Notes: a model not told the origin generated them from the letters alone. 64,000 bases of DNA from Euryarchaeota archaeon UBA182 (GCA_002495675.1 DAGH01000025.1:14258-78257), one strand, 5' to 3'. Positions 10,957 through 20,843 are shown, counted from the first letter of the stretch. Made by a program: numbers and translations.

Positions 10957-12897
10957 ATGCGAAACCACTTCCTGCCCGCCTTGTCGATTACACTCCTCCT
11001 CCTCTCGTCTTTTGCATCCGGGTGCTTCGGCAGCGAGGAAGAAGGCTCTGAGATGGATGAATGGGTGTGGGTGGACCCTGTCGAGGAGATAGAGGACGAG
11101 AACCACTCCCACAGCGACCTCATGGCACACAGGCTCAAGACCCCCAATGCCGTAATGATCGACTACCACAATCTCAACTGCGATGGCGAGGTAACGCCCC
11201 CTGCTGATCTGGACAACGTTGCAGGTCGCCCCTGTTTTGACCAATTCAAGAACGTGGGTCCAACCCCAGGCGACAACTCGGAGATCGCGATAGAGGGCAA
11301 CTTCCTCGACGATTGCGAGATCTACGGGGACGGGTCAGGGGGGTGCTTCGCCTACGTCTCGTCATACAACCAATTCGAGATACTGGACATAAGCAAGCCG
11401 AATGAGATTCGCTTGCTATCAACCTACTACGCAGAAATAGCCCGAATCATCGACATCAAGGCAACGCAGGACAACAACTGGGTCCTCATCAACCACGAGT
11501 TGACAAACTCGGAGTTGGATCCTATACCAAACGACGACGATGCAAACAGCGGTGCGAACCGACTTGACCTGATCTACGTGGGTGACAAGACCAGCCCCAT
11601 TAAGGTGGCAGAGTGGGACAACCCCCCAGCAGGATTCCACAACCAAGACCTTCACGTCTACTGCGATTGGTCTCCCGCCAACCCAGTCTGGGCCCAAGAG
11701 GACTGCCACCTTTTCCTCTTTGGTGCAGACCCGTATCCAGAGATGGTGGAGGGCTCTAGCGGCACCTTCTACAAAGGCACTCAGGTGTTCTACGCACTCA
11801 TAGACTTCGAGGGGTTAAACCCATTCAACAATCAAGAGCAGCAAAACGCCAGTCGCGAAATCCTCAGATGGGGTGGATACACACCTGAGCCCGAAACCAC
11901 GTGCGGTGGGTCAATCTTCAACCATGACAACGTTTTCTTCATTCACCCCATAACCAAGCAGAAGATGCTCGCGATATCATACTGGGGCGCTGGCCTGAGG
12001 CTGGTGGACGTCTCGCAGCCACCACAGGTCGCCGATCCACTCGGGATCTCATGGCCACCGGAAACAGGGAGATGGCTTGGATGCGCCACCGACGACTCAG
12101 GGTGGTATGGCCCCGATGGAGGGGGACATGCGAACATGGAGCCCGAAGTATGGTTGGATGCAGAGCAAGGCAACGACAACATTCACTATGCCGTGCCCAA
12201 CGACTACCTCGTATGCAGCGGCATAAGCCAACTCGACCCAATGGACGAGTGGCCCAGCCAGTGCGGGACAGGGCCTGACGATTCTACACATGGCGTCAAT
12301 TGGCGACACTACACCTACATCGCCCCGGAATACGGAACCAACGCGAACCACACCGGCTTCATATGGACCATAGACACGACAGATCCCGCCAAGCCCTTCC
12401 TGGTCTCAAAATGGAAGCTCCCGGGTACCAGCATCAAGGACGGGGAGGAGCACCCCCACCACTACATCCCTGGGGGATACATCTACAGCCCACACAACGG
12501 CGACACTGCAGCCAATGGGATGGTCTACTGGACCCACTACCACGCAGGGATATGGGCAACGGACCACGGGAAAATATGGGATGAGATCGAGTGGAAGAAC
12601 GGAGTACCGGCGCCTGAACTTGGGTTCCAGGGTATCGAGAGTCTCGCCCCCACGCACACAATTGGATACTACCTTCCAGCCGGACCAGAGTGGTCAGACA
12701 ACGCCTCAGCAGACATGGGCTACGACATGGCAGACTGCTGGGCGTCTTGCATGATTCCTTTCGACTGGGGGCTCCAGTTCGACCCAAGAGGATTCGTCTT
12801 CATCTCAGAGATGGTCAGTGGGGTCTACGTTGTTCAGTTCGACGAGGACTACGACCCTAGGTTCGACTACCCCCCGCTATGGGAAGATGACTTGTGA
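10957..12897 (+). CDS. Lipoprotein, LVIVD-repeat-like beta-propeller (paralogue of the upstream gene)
   Basis: Lipobox FASGC, HSHSDLMAH, YWGAGLRLVDVS, SPHN, HYHAGIWATD, SGVYVVQFD. Confidence 0.7.
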   Translation: MRNHFLPALSITLLLLSSFASGCFGSEEEGSEMDEWVWVDPVEEIEDENHSHSDLMAHRLKTPNAVMIDYHNLNCDGEVTPPADLDNVAGRPCFDQFKNVGPTPGDNSEIAIEGNFLDDCEIYGDGSGGCFAYVSSYNQFEILDISKPNEIRLLSTYYAEIARIIDIKATQDNNWVLINHELTNSELDPIPNDDDANSGANRLDLIYVGDKTSPIKVAEWDNPPAGFHNQDLHVYCDWSPANPVWAQEDCHLFLFGADPYPEMVEGSSGTFYKGTQVFYALIDFEGLNPFNNQEQQNASREILRWGGYTPEPETTCGGSIFNHDNVFFIHPITKQKMLAISYWGAGLRLVDVSQPPQVADPLGISWPPETGRWLGCATDDSGWYGPDGGGHANMEPEVWLDAEQGNDNIHYAVPNDYLVCSGISQLDPMDEWPSQCGTGPDDSTHGVNWRHYTYIAPEYGTNANHTGFIWTIDTTDPAKPFLVSKWKLPGTSIKDGEEHPHHYIPGGYIYSPHNGDTAANGMVYWTHYHAGIWATDHGKIWDEIEWKNGVPAPELGFQGIESLAPTHTIGYYLPAGPEWSDNASADMGYDMADCWASCMIPFDWGLQFDPRGFVFISEMVSGVYVVQFDEDYDPRFDYPPLWEDDL

Positions 12898-12906
12898 GTG
12901 CTGAGA

Positions 12907-13731
12907 ATGTCTCGTATCGTCGCGATCCTAATGATCCTGGCCATATCAGGCCAAGTCGCCGCACACGGTGCGAACAGCTACGCCATAATCGTCAGAAACG
13001 AGAGCGTGATGCCAGAGTCGGCGGATTTGATCGTAAATGACACCCTCGTGCTCTACAACACGGCAGCATGGGAGAGGACCGCTGGGATCGACCTAGATGG
13101 AGATGGGTCATTCGAACACTCTTGCACGATGAGCGCGAGGAACACGACATCGAACGAAGACGAATGCCAGTTCCCCTTCTGGTCAAACCAGTCATGGGTG
13201 GCAGGCGACTATGTGGTCGAGGTTCATCAGAACGGTTCGTTTTGGAAGGAAATATCGGTCGAACTCCTGCCTGACAACCACAGCGAGCCCGCAGCCTCAG
13301 GGCCGTACGTCCTGCTCCCTGACTTCGACCCCATGGCTGAAAACATGGCCATGATCGGGGAGGATGGGGCTTCATTCAGCAAGTCCAAGATCAGGTTGCC
13401 ACCTGGCGGGAACGCCTACCTCTACACATCCAATGCGGGGAATTTCACCATTCTCTCCGAGAATGGCGAGTCCCTCTGCGACATATCCGGCCCCGCAGGC
13501 TCGGGATGCAAGATATGGTTTCGAGCCAGTGAATGGAGCATTGGCGAGCATGAGTTGAGAATCTCCCAACCAGACGAAAGCCGGTCACAATCCCTAATCA
13601 TCAGTATTCAGACTAGTGGGGACGAGGGTACGCGTGCGGGAATGGTTCAAATGATCTCGGCGGCGGGGGTTGCATTGTGCCTACTCTCATTCGCCTTGCT
13701 GCGTTCTCGAAGATCGCTAGGAAAAGAATGA
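12907..13731 (+). CDS. Secreted membrane-anchored hypothetical protein with two Ig/cupredoxin-like domains
   Basis: Signal peptide ending VAA-H, DLDGDG motif, Cys pairs, C-terminal TM helix. Alternative GTG start at 12898. Confidence 0.65.
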   Translation: MSRIVAILMILAISGQVAAHGANSYAIIVRNESVMPESADLIVNDTLVLYNTAAWERTAGIDLDGDGSFEHSCTMSARNTTSNEDECQFPFWSNQSWVAGDYVVEVHQNGSFWKEISVELLPDNHSEPAASGPYVLLPDFDPMAENMAMIGEDGASFSKSKIRLPPGGNAYLYTSNAGNFTILSENGESLCDISGPAGSGCKIWFRASEWSIGEHELRISQPDESRSQSLIISIQTSGDEGTRAGMVQMISAAGVALCLLSFALLRSRRSLGKE

Positions 13732-14444
13732 TTTCCTTGGCGTTGGTTTCGACCTTGCTGGCAGCGGGATGTCTGGGATCAGACGGAGAACCCGACATCT
13801 TCTACGGTGAGGACATAAATCCCCCGAGGCCCACCGAAGACTTCGTTCTCTTCGACCAAAACGGGGACCCAGTTGCGTTCAACGACTATCTCGGCGACGT
13901 CGTCGTGGTTGCCTTCCTCTTTACAAGGTGCCCTGACGTCTGCCCACAAGTCAGTGCAAACATGGCATGGATAGGGGAAGCGTTGGGAGAAGACCTCGGA
14001 AAGGAGGTGCATCTCCTTTCAATCACGGTCGACCCATGGTACGATAATTCCAGCGTCCTGTGGAACTATGCATACGACAGGGGCCTTGAATGGCCCCACC
14101 TCTCTTCTGAACTGGAAATCATGGAACCTGTCTGGAGATCATTCGAGGTGGGACTTGAGACGTATGCAAATGACTCGGATGGAGATGGGACTGTCGATGG
14201 CTTCGACCTGTGCCCGGACACCCCCGAGGGCGAGCAGACTGACGCCGATGGGTGTGGCGTTGAGACCCAGCAGCCAGAGGATGAGGTCCAAACCATGCAC
14301 CACCCCCTCTACTACATCGATCACACCACTGGCACCATAATTGTGGACAGGCAAGGCTACCAACGAGTGTACTGGGGAGATTTCGTCTGGAATGCGGACA
14401 TGGTCTTGGATGACATCCGGCAACTCATGGAGGAAAACCCTTGA
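13728..14444 (+). CDS. SCO1/SenC family copper chaperone lipoprotein with TSP3-like insertion
   Basis: Lipobox LAAGC, FTRCPDVC (CxxxC), SITVDP, IDHT conserved His. ATGA overlap with the upstream gene. Confidence 0.9.
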   Translation: MISLALVSTLLAAGCLGSDGEPDIFYGEDINPPRPTEDFVLFDQNGDPVAFNDYLGDVVVVAFLFTRCPDVCPQVSANMAWIGEALGEDLGKEVHLLSITVDPWYDNSSVLWNYAYDRGLEWPHLSSELEIMEPVWRSFEVGLETYANDSDGDGTVDGFDLCPDTPEGEQTDADGCGVETQQPEDEVQTMHHPLYYIDHTTGTIIVDRQGYQRVYWGDFVWNADMVLDDIRQLMEENP

Positions 14445-15541
14445 CGGCAAGGACGTTGATCCTTACAGCGATCCTCCTTTCAGCCCCCTTGGCTGGATGC
14501 CTCGAAACAGTCGGTGACGGGGGCTTCAATGGTATCGAATACCGGAATCCGTCTGAGGCGCCAGACTTTACTCTGTTGGATCAAAATGGCCAGAACGTCT
14601 CCCTATCAGACTACGATGGGAAGGTCGTGATCCTGGCGTTCATCTACACATCCTGCCCTGACGTGTGTCTGATAATCTCCTCGAACCTCCAATGGGCAAA
14701 GATGAACCTGCCCGAGGACATGGCCAGTGAGGTAGCATTCCTGTCGGTGACAATCGATCCGGCCAAGGATACCGTTGATCGGCTATCCCGCTGGACAGAG
14801 GCAACTGGGTACGATTGGCCCCACCTGACATCAAACGACATAGACGAGCTTGTTGGCGTGTGGTCGGACTGGAACGTCGTTGTCGACAATGACCACATAA
14901 ACGCCAGCACGCCACCAGATGACACCTCGAACAGAATCGTTGTGATGGGGGCTGATGGCTCAACGACATCTTTCGACACGCCATGGGGTGAAGTCGAGTT
15001 CCAGCCCAATGCAAAAGGAATGGCGGAAGTGGCGTTCGAGAGAGAGAATCTTACTTTTGACTATGAAAATGGGACGATCATTGAATGGACTGAGAACGAG
15101 AGCCTCAGTTGGTCCACGGCGGTCTGGGACTCAATCTCCTGGGCGTGGATAGGCACGAACTCCTCATTGGATAACATTCCGGTGACCCCTGACACTCACT
15201 TAGCATTCGTGCCCAATGATGCGAACCTCAGTCTGCTTCCCCCTGGAGTGGATTGCAACGGACATGGCTGGGTCATGGGGAAGGGGAGCGGGGCGCACTG
15301 CATGTGCGACGAGGGATGGAAGCGGCCCAGTGGCGATTGGTTGAGCTGCGTATCAGAAGGTGGCGAAGATGATACGAATGGGACTGACCCCCATGAGGAG
15401 TCCCTTGGCGAATACCAGGTTGGGCACACGACTGCCACATTCATCATTGACAAGGACGGTGACAAGCGGGTAGCATGGGGTGGCGTGACCTGGGATCCAG
15501 GCCTCTTCCTGATGGACATCGAGAAGCTCGTTGAAGAGTGA
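14441..15541 (+). CDS. SCO1/SenC family lipoprotein with a large insertion that includes an EGF-like Cys module
   Basis: Lipobox LAGC, YTSCPDVC, SVTIDPAKDT, VGHTTATFIIDKDG. Insert contains CNGHG...CMCDEGW...C. Confidence 0.88.
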   Translation: MTARTLILTAILLSAPLAGCLETVGDGGFNGIEYRNPSEAPDFTLLDQNGQNVSLSDYDGKVVILAFIYTSCPDVCLIISSNLQWAKMNLPEDMASEVAFLSVTIDPAKDTVDRLSRWTEATGYDWPHLTSNDIDELVGVWSDWNVVVDNDHINASTPPDDTSNRIVVMGADGSTTSFDTPWGEVEFQPNAKGMAEVAFERENLTFDYENGTIIEWTENESLSWSTAVWDSISWAWIGTNSSLDNIPVTPDTHLAFVPNDANLSLLPPGVDCNGHGWVMGKGSGAHCMCDEGWKRPSGDWLSCVSEGGEDDTNGTDPHEESLGEYQVGHTTATFIIDKDGDKRVAWGGVTWDPGLFLMDIEKLVEE

Positions 15542-15581
15542 TCATCTACGATATCGAAGCCCATAGCATCGATGAGATAAA

Positions 15582-17615
15582 ATGTCCTTGATCAGGTCCT
15601 ACGACATGGGACAGAGGACACAGAGCCTGACACTTGCAGGAATAATGTTCCTCAGCGTGCTCGCTGGCATGCTTATGTTTGATCTGGACAGCACCACAGA
15701 GGAGCCTCCAAACATCAAGCCCTCGATAGCGGGGGACTCGGGCAAGACGTTTCAAGCCGGCCAGGAGTCACGTGTGATGCTCCTCGTCTCTGACGAGAAT
15801 CTCGAGAGCGTCGCATTGGAGATTCTGATCGACGGGGCTAGAACCGAGGGCTACACTTTGACTCAAAGTGGTGAGGTATGGATTGAAATCCCGCCTGACA
15901 AAAGGGGCGTGGTCCTGATTGAGGCGTCAGTCATCGACGATGAGGGGCTGTCGGATGATTGGGCCGGGACGTTCACAGTTTCAGCTGCGAGCCCAGTGCT
16001 GGTCATTGGCGATCCCATTCCAGCCGAGGAGGGAGAAAAACTGGTCTTCGGCGGGACGATTTTCTTCGAAGAGATATCCACTTGCACCGCAAGGTGGGAG
16101 GAACTAGGGGGGAGCGGGGGGTCATTGCCGATCGAGCTGTTTGATGATGGGAGGTTCATTCATGAGATTGATGGAGAGGTTGGGACTGTGACCATCCGTG
16201 TCATCGCAAACTGCGGATCCGATACAACACAAACAGAATTCCTCGCCACCTGGCTCGAAGGCGACAATGCGGGGTGCACCGACCCAGCGGCCTCCAACTA
16301 TGACTCCTCATCCCAGACCGATGATGGAAGTTGCGAATACACGTCGGACAACGACGGGGATGGAACCAATGATGACCAGGACCTCTGTGAGGGGCATGAC
16401 GACTCTGCCGATGCAGATGGCGATGGAATTCCTGACGGATGCGACGACGCGTCATCAAAATACAACTCATCAGACATGCTGGAGTTCTGGATGGACAAGT
16501 TCCTATGTCAAAATAACTCTGGTCTAGAAGTCGATGACTACAACACTACAGGACACGATGCCCATGTGTGCTCTGTGGGTCTTAGGTCGGAGGACGGGAA
16601 CATTACGATCACCATGAATGGCCTCCCGAACCATGACTTCGAATCTGGACCAGGTTGCTGCGCCTCCCCGCAAAGCCACGTCATCACGATACCCCGCGCC
16701 CCGGCGAATGACACGCAGGGGGGACATGATCCTGCCAATTGCCCAGAGGCTGCTGGGTCCTACCAGTGTGCTGCTGACAGAGGCAACATAGCATTCGCGA
16801 TTAACGGGGTCCCCATCTTTGGACCCGAGGATGGCCCCGGAGGGGATGCTGTCGCAAGTCAACACGGGGCCTACGAAGAGGACAGGCAGGAGATCTGGCT
16901 CGGGTTGTGTCACGGCCACTCGGGTCCCGGTGGGACGTACCACTACCACGCCGATGCGAATTGCGTCCATTGGCACGATGAGGCCCAAAACGAGGGGTGG
17001 AGAAACTACTCCTTCCCACCAGACCAATCAGGGGAGCCTTCCCCTGTGATCGGAGTGGCTCTCGACGGCTATCCGATCTATGGCGCCTATGGATTGGACT
17101 CATCGGGCGTGGTGGCGGAAATGAAATCGTCCTACAGGCTAAAGGAGGGTCAGACAGGATACAACGGAATTGACGATTACGAATATGTGGAGGGGTTGGG
17201 CGACCTGGATGTATGCAACGGGCATTTCGGCCCTACCCCAGACTTCCCGGAGGGCATATACCACTATCACTCAACAATGAAGAACGGGGATGGAGAAATG
17301 GGGTTCCCATACTTCTTGATTTGCTACCACGGACTTGTTCCGGAAGGCGACTCTGACCCATGCGATGGCTATGGAGAGACATGGGGGCCCGGCGTGGGCC
17401 CTCCTCCCGAGGGTTGCGATCCCGGGCCTCCCCAAGGCCAAGAGAGTCTATCGACAATCGGACTACTGGGCCCGTTGAAGCCTCCGATCATCGGGTTGAT
17501 CGGTCTCCTCTGGTTGTTGATCCGGCCATCGAATCTCTTCAGAGGATGGGCATCTTGGATAGGACCATCAGGTCGGGCTGATACAACTCGCGTATGTCGT
17601 CCAACCCAAGGATGA
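15582..17615 (+). CDS. YHYH-domain surface protein
   Basis: N-terminal TM, Ig-like region, GCTDPAASNY repeat, DxDGDG repeats, AINGVPIFGP, YHYH twice, GVALDGYPIYG, DLDVCNGH. Start may be 15606. Confidence 0.85.
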   Translation: MSLIRSYDMGQRTQSLTLAGIMFLSVLAGMLMFDLDSTTEEPPNIKPSIAGDSGKTFQAGQESRVMLLVSDENLESVALEILIDGARTEGYTLTQSGEVWIEIPPDKRGVVLIEASVIDDEGLSDDWAGTFTVSAASPVLVIGDPIPAEEGEKLVFGGTIFFEEISTCTARWEELGGSGGSLPIELFDDGRFIHEIDGEVGTVTIRVIANCGSDTTQTEFLATWLEGDNAGCTDPAASNYDSSSQTDDGSCEYTSDNDGDGTNDDQDLCEGHDDSADADGDGIPDGCDDASSKYNSSDMLEFWMDKFLCQNNSGLEVDDYNTTGHDAHVCSVGLRSEDGNITITMNGLPNHDFESGPGCCASPQSHVITIPRAPANDTQGGHDPANCPEAAGSYQCAADRGNIAFAINGVPIFGPEDGPGGDAVASQHGAYEEDRQEIWLGLCHGHSGPGGTYHYHADANCVHWHDEAQNEGWRNYSFPPDQSGEPSPVIGVALDGYPIYGAYGLDSSGVVAEMKSSYRLKEGQTGYNGIDDYEYVEGLGDLDVCNGHFGPTPDFPEGIYHYHSTMKNGDGEMGFPYFLICYHGLVPEGDSDPCDGYGETWGPGVGPPPEGCDPGPPQGQESLSTIGLLGPLKPPIIGLIGLLWLLIRPSNLFRGWASWIGPSGRADTTRVCRPTQG

Positions 17616-19029
17616 GCATTGCCAGACGCTCCAAGCCCATCCCCCATGCGCAGACTGGCCAGTCAGTACCCAGGGGTTGTGTCACCTCCGGCCTGAATAT
17701 TCCAGCTCCCCCAAGCTCCAACCACTTCCCCCTCCAGAGGATCTCAACCTCGATGCTCGGCTCAGTATACGGAAAATATGCTGGTCTGACTCTGACGTCG
17801 GAGTACCCCATCTTCGAATAGAAGGTTCTCAGCGTCGTGATCAACATTGGTAAACTCGCCGATTCTTCATGTATGATCCCCTCGATCTGGTGGAATTCTG
17901 GAAGGTGGGTCCGGTCTATCGTCTCTTGTCTGAAGACTCTGCCTACTCCGAAGACCCTGCTTGGAGAAGATGGATTTTCGGCAATGTGTCTAACGGTGTT
18001 CACAGTCGTGTGGGTGCGTAGTAGTCCCCTTCTAGACTCATCCTTGTCAAAGTTGCCGCCCCACCCTGATGAGGTCGTTCCCATCCCTCGTTCGTGGGTC
18101 CCTTCCCATTGTTCCAATCGACTTGACTCGATTTCCATCTTTGCTGGATCTTCGAGATAAAATGTATCCTGCATCGTACGAGCGGGGTGATCCTGTGGTA
18201 TGAAGAGGGCGTCCATGTTCCAGCCAGCAGATTGGACGAAGTTCCCGGATATCTCCGAGAAGCCCATCTCCAGAAACACTGCCCGGATCCTATCTATGAG
18301 TGACTGGAGGGGATGTGGCCTCCCACCCAATGGAATCGGTGCTGGTGCGTGGATGTCGAAAGGCTTGAACTCCTTGGTCCTCCAGGCGTCCCCTTGGAGT
18401 AGATCTGGAGTTATTTCGTTGATCTGATCTATTTCGATCAACTCTTCCGCCCCCAAAGACAGGCCCTTTTCCGTCGCACTCCAAGATCTGGACACGGACC
18501 GCTCCAATTCGATGAGGCCCCTCCTCTTGGCGAAGTGACTGGTCAAGCGCTCGTCCAACTCGTTGGCGGGGATCGGTGAATCCGAGAGGGCCATGATGAA
18601 GGCCGTCCTACGTTCCGCCTCGCTCAAGGCTCCTTGCATGTCAGGGGCCTCCAGTCTACCTCCAACTATCCTGACACCCATTGATCGAAGGATGCCGACA
18701 CCCGCGCCAGCCTCAGTCTTATCGAAATCCTCTGATATGGCCGCCATGGAACGATTTTGGGGATCTCTCGATTGTAGCCACTCCAACATCCTCATTTCAA
18801 GCAGACCATCACGAGCGGCCTTATGCCCCTCGACACCCAACTTGACCAATACCGACTCTTCCTCCGAGAGGCTTGCAAGCCCTCGATCGGTGAGTCCCAT
18901 AGCCGCTCCGACGACATGAGCCTGATCAGTCCAGCCTGTCTCCTCGGAAAGGGAAGACACCCCCAAGGGGATGGTTGAGTCCCTGAGTATCGCCATGATG
19001 CGCTTCTCACGGTTATCCAGCGCTTTCAT
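17539..19029 (-). CDS. pheS: Phenylalanine-tRNA ligase alpha subunit (long archaeal type)
   Basis: DALFIPQDHPAR.MQDTFY, LLRTHTT, HLPEFHQIEG, YFPYTEPS, GAGIFRPE, AWGMGLERL. Start MKALDN at 19029. Confidence 0.96.
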   Translation of the reverse strand: MKALDNREKRIMAILRDSTIPLGVSSLSEETGWTDQAHVVGAAMGLTDRGLASLSEEESVLVKLGVEGHKAARDGLLEMRMLEWLQSRDPQNRSMAAISEDFDKTEAGAGVGILRSMGVRIVGGRLEAPDMQGALSEAERRTAFIMALSDSPIPANELDERLTSHFAKRRGLIELERSVSRSWSATEKGLSLGAEELIEIDQINEITPDLLQGDAWRTKEFKPFDIHAPAPIPLGGRPHPLQSLIDRIRAVFLEMGFSEISGNFVQSAGWNMDALFIPQDHPARTMQDTFYLEDPAKMEIESSRLEQWEGTHERGMGTTSSGWGGNFDKDESRRGLLRTHTTVNTVRHIAENPSSPSRVFGVGRVFRQETIDRTHLPEFHQIEGIIHEESASLPMLITTLRTFYSKMGYSDVRVRPAYFPYTEPSIEVEILWRGKWLELGGAGIFRPEVTQPLGTDWPVCAWGMGLERLAMLILGLDDIRELYQPDLMVLSKMPIL

Positions 19030-19075
19030 AGCCAGCCTGAGGGCGTATTCTCTCTTGACGATTGCTGGTTGTGAC

Positions 19076-19468
19076 CTACTCTTCCTCTTGTTTCCACAAA
19101 TCCATGGCGCATGCTGGGCACCTGAATGCCCTTGGCTTGCCGCCATCAACCCACTCAAGGTTCCCACAGGCCCCACAGAGAATCGATGTTCTGATGGGAT
19201 CGTCCAAGGTGGTGTCAACCCTGAACATCACCCTCCCTGCCTCAGGGAGAGTTTCAGGACTCGGTGCCCAATTTGGATCCGCATTGCGTTCCGTTTGGGA
19301 TCTCCCCCTCGATAGTGCCATCAAGAGTAGGGGAAACCCAGCGATCAACAGTGGGCTGCCAACCAACAACCCCATTGGATCAGGGAGTGTGAAAACTAAT
19401 CCGGTCCCTAGGAGTGTGCAACTCCAACCCGCAATTAGGAGGTTCCAACCGATCGAGTCGTTGGCCAT
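19076..19468 (-). CDS. Small membrane protein with C-terminal Zn-ribbon
   Basis: Two TM helices followed by CGAC and CPAC motifs. Start MANDS at 19468. Confidence 0.7.
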   Translation of the reverse strand: MANDSIGWNLLIAGWSCTLLGTGLVFTLPDPMGLLVGSPLLIAGFPLLLMALSRGRSQTERNADPNWAPSPETLPEAGRVMFRVDTTLDDPIRTSILCGACGNLEWVDGGKPRAFRCPACAMDLWKQEEE

Positions 19469-19554
19469 GTCCGAGCGTGAGGGCCCCTCGCTACAAGATC
19501 TCCTAACGAATTCATCAGGAGGCTTCAAGGACTGGAGACCAGAGCGAAGGGTAC

Positions 19555-19627
19555 GCCTCAGTAGCTCAGCTGGTAGAGCACTGGATTTGTAATCCAGCGG
19601 TCGGGGGTTCGATTCCCTCCTGGGGCT
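19555..19627 (+). tRNA. tRNA-Thr (TGT), CCA not encoded
   Basis: GCCTCAGTAGCTCAGCTGGTAGAGCA-CTGGA-TTTGTAA-TCCAG-CGGTCGGGGGTTCGATTCCCTCCTGGGGCT cloverleaf. Confidence 0.97.
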
Positions 19628-19667
19628 CAGTGACAACAGTCAAGCATCGAAGCCCGCACGACGTCAC

Positions 19668-20531
19668 GTGACCGCTCAAGTTATCGACGGCAAGGCGATG
19701 GGCGCGATTATCGAGAAGGGTTTGACTGATGAGGCCAAAGCCATGGAAAAGAGGGGCAGAGCCCCACATCTAGTTGTCGTAATCGTTGGCGATGATGCTG
19801 CAAGCCACGTTTACGTAAGGAATAAACAGAGGGCGTGCGAGAGAATTGGGATCAAGAGCACTCGGTATGACCTACCTTCGACCAGCAACCCCTCCGACCT
19901 GATCGACCTGGTTGACAACCTAAACAAGGATGTCGGGGTCGATGGAATTCTCGTCCAAAGTCCACTACCTGCCGGATTCGACGAGATCTCAATAACAGAA
20001 ATGATCGATCCAAAGAAGGATGTCGACGGTTTTCACCCGGTGAATCTCGGTCGGATCGTCACAGGGAAGGTAGACGGATTGCTGCCCTGCACGCCCTCTG
20101 CTGTTATTCACATGCTAGAGTCCACGGGAGAGAGGCTCGCTGGCAAGAAGGCCCTTGTTGTTGGCAGGTCTAGGATTGTCGGGATGCCTACGGCGTTGTT
20201 GCTTGCTCAAAAGGGAGTTGATGCCACGGTAACCATTTCCCATTCCCGGAGCTCGGACCTTCAGGGGCTTTGTCTGGACTCTGACATAATAGTCGCAGCG
20301 GTCGGGAGGCCAGGTATGATCAAATCCGACTGGGTGAAGAGTGGTGCGATCGTCATTGATGTGGGCATAAACAGGATAGAAACAGAAGGGGGCAGCAAGC
20401 TGGTCGGAGATGTTGAGAAGGGGGCCTCCGATCGAGCCTCTTGGATGACTCCAGTCCCTGGGGGTGTGGGCCCAATGACCATAGCCATGTTGATGAGAAA
20501 CACGATTAGGGCCGCAGGCGATGAGGTCTGA
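19668..20531 (+). CDS. folD: Bifunctional methylenetetrahydrofolate dehydrogenase/cyclohydrolase
   Basis: YVRNK, GILVQSPLP, KDVDGFHP, PCTP, GRSRIVG, VIDVGIN, TPVPGGVGPMT. Confidence 0.97.
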   Translation: MTAQVIDGKAMGAIIEKGLTDEAKAMEKRGRAPHLVVVIVGDDAASHVYVRNKQRACERIGIKSTRYDLPSTSNPSDLIDLVDNLNKDVGVDGILVQSPLPAGFDEISITEMIDPKKDVDGFHPVNLGRIVTGKVDGLLPCTPSAVIHMLESTGERLAGKKALVVGRSRIVGMPTALLLAQKGVDATVTISHSRSSDLQGLCLDSDIIVAAVGRPGMIKSDWVKSGAIVIDVGINRIETEGGSKLVGDVEKGASDRASWMTPVPGGVGPMTIAMLMRNTIRAAGDEV

Positions 20532-20534
20532 CCC

Positions 20535-20843
20535 TCAGAACACTCCTAATTCCATCTGGGCATCCTCCGTCGCATGTACTCTGGGGTCCCATAGGGGAGA
20601 GAATGTCAAATTCACGTGCACGGATTCTACCTCGTCCACAGATAATGCCGCACGGTGAACCGCTGCCATTATCTCTGGTGCGACTGGGCAGCCCGGACTG
20701 GTGAGAGTCATGGTCACCTCAAGATGGCCCTCCTGATTCTCCACGCCGTATATCAGCCCTAAATCCGTCACAGATATTCCCATCTCTGGGTCAATCACCT
20801 CAGACAACGCGTCCATCACTCCATCATTATTGCTCATTTTCAC
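20535..20843 (-). CDS. sufT: DUF59/SufT-like Fe-S cluster assembly protein
   Basis: VIDPE, DLGLIY, MTLTSPGCP, FSPLW motifs; downstream of sufE. Confidence 0.88.
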   Translation of the reverse strand: MKMSNNDGVMDALSEVIDPEMGISVTDLGLIYGVENQEGHLEVTMTLTSPGCPVAPEIMAAVHRAALSVDEVESVHVNLTFSPLWDPRVHATEDAQMELGVF

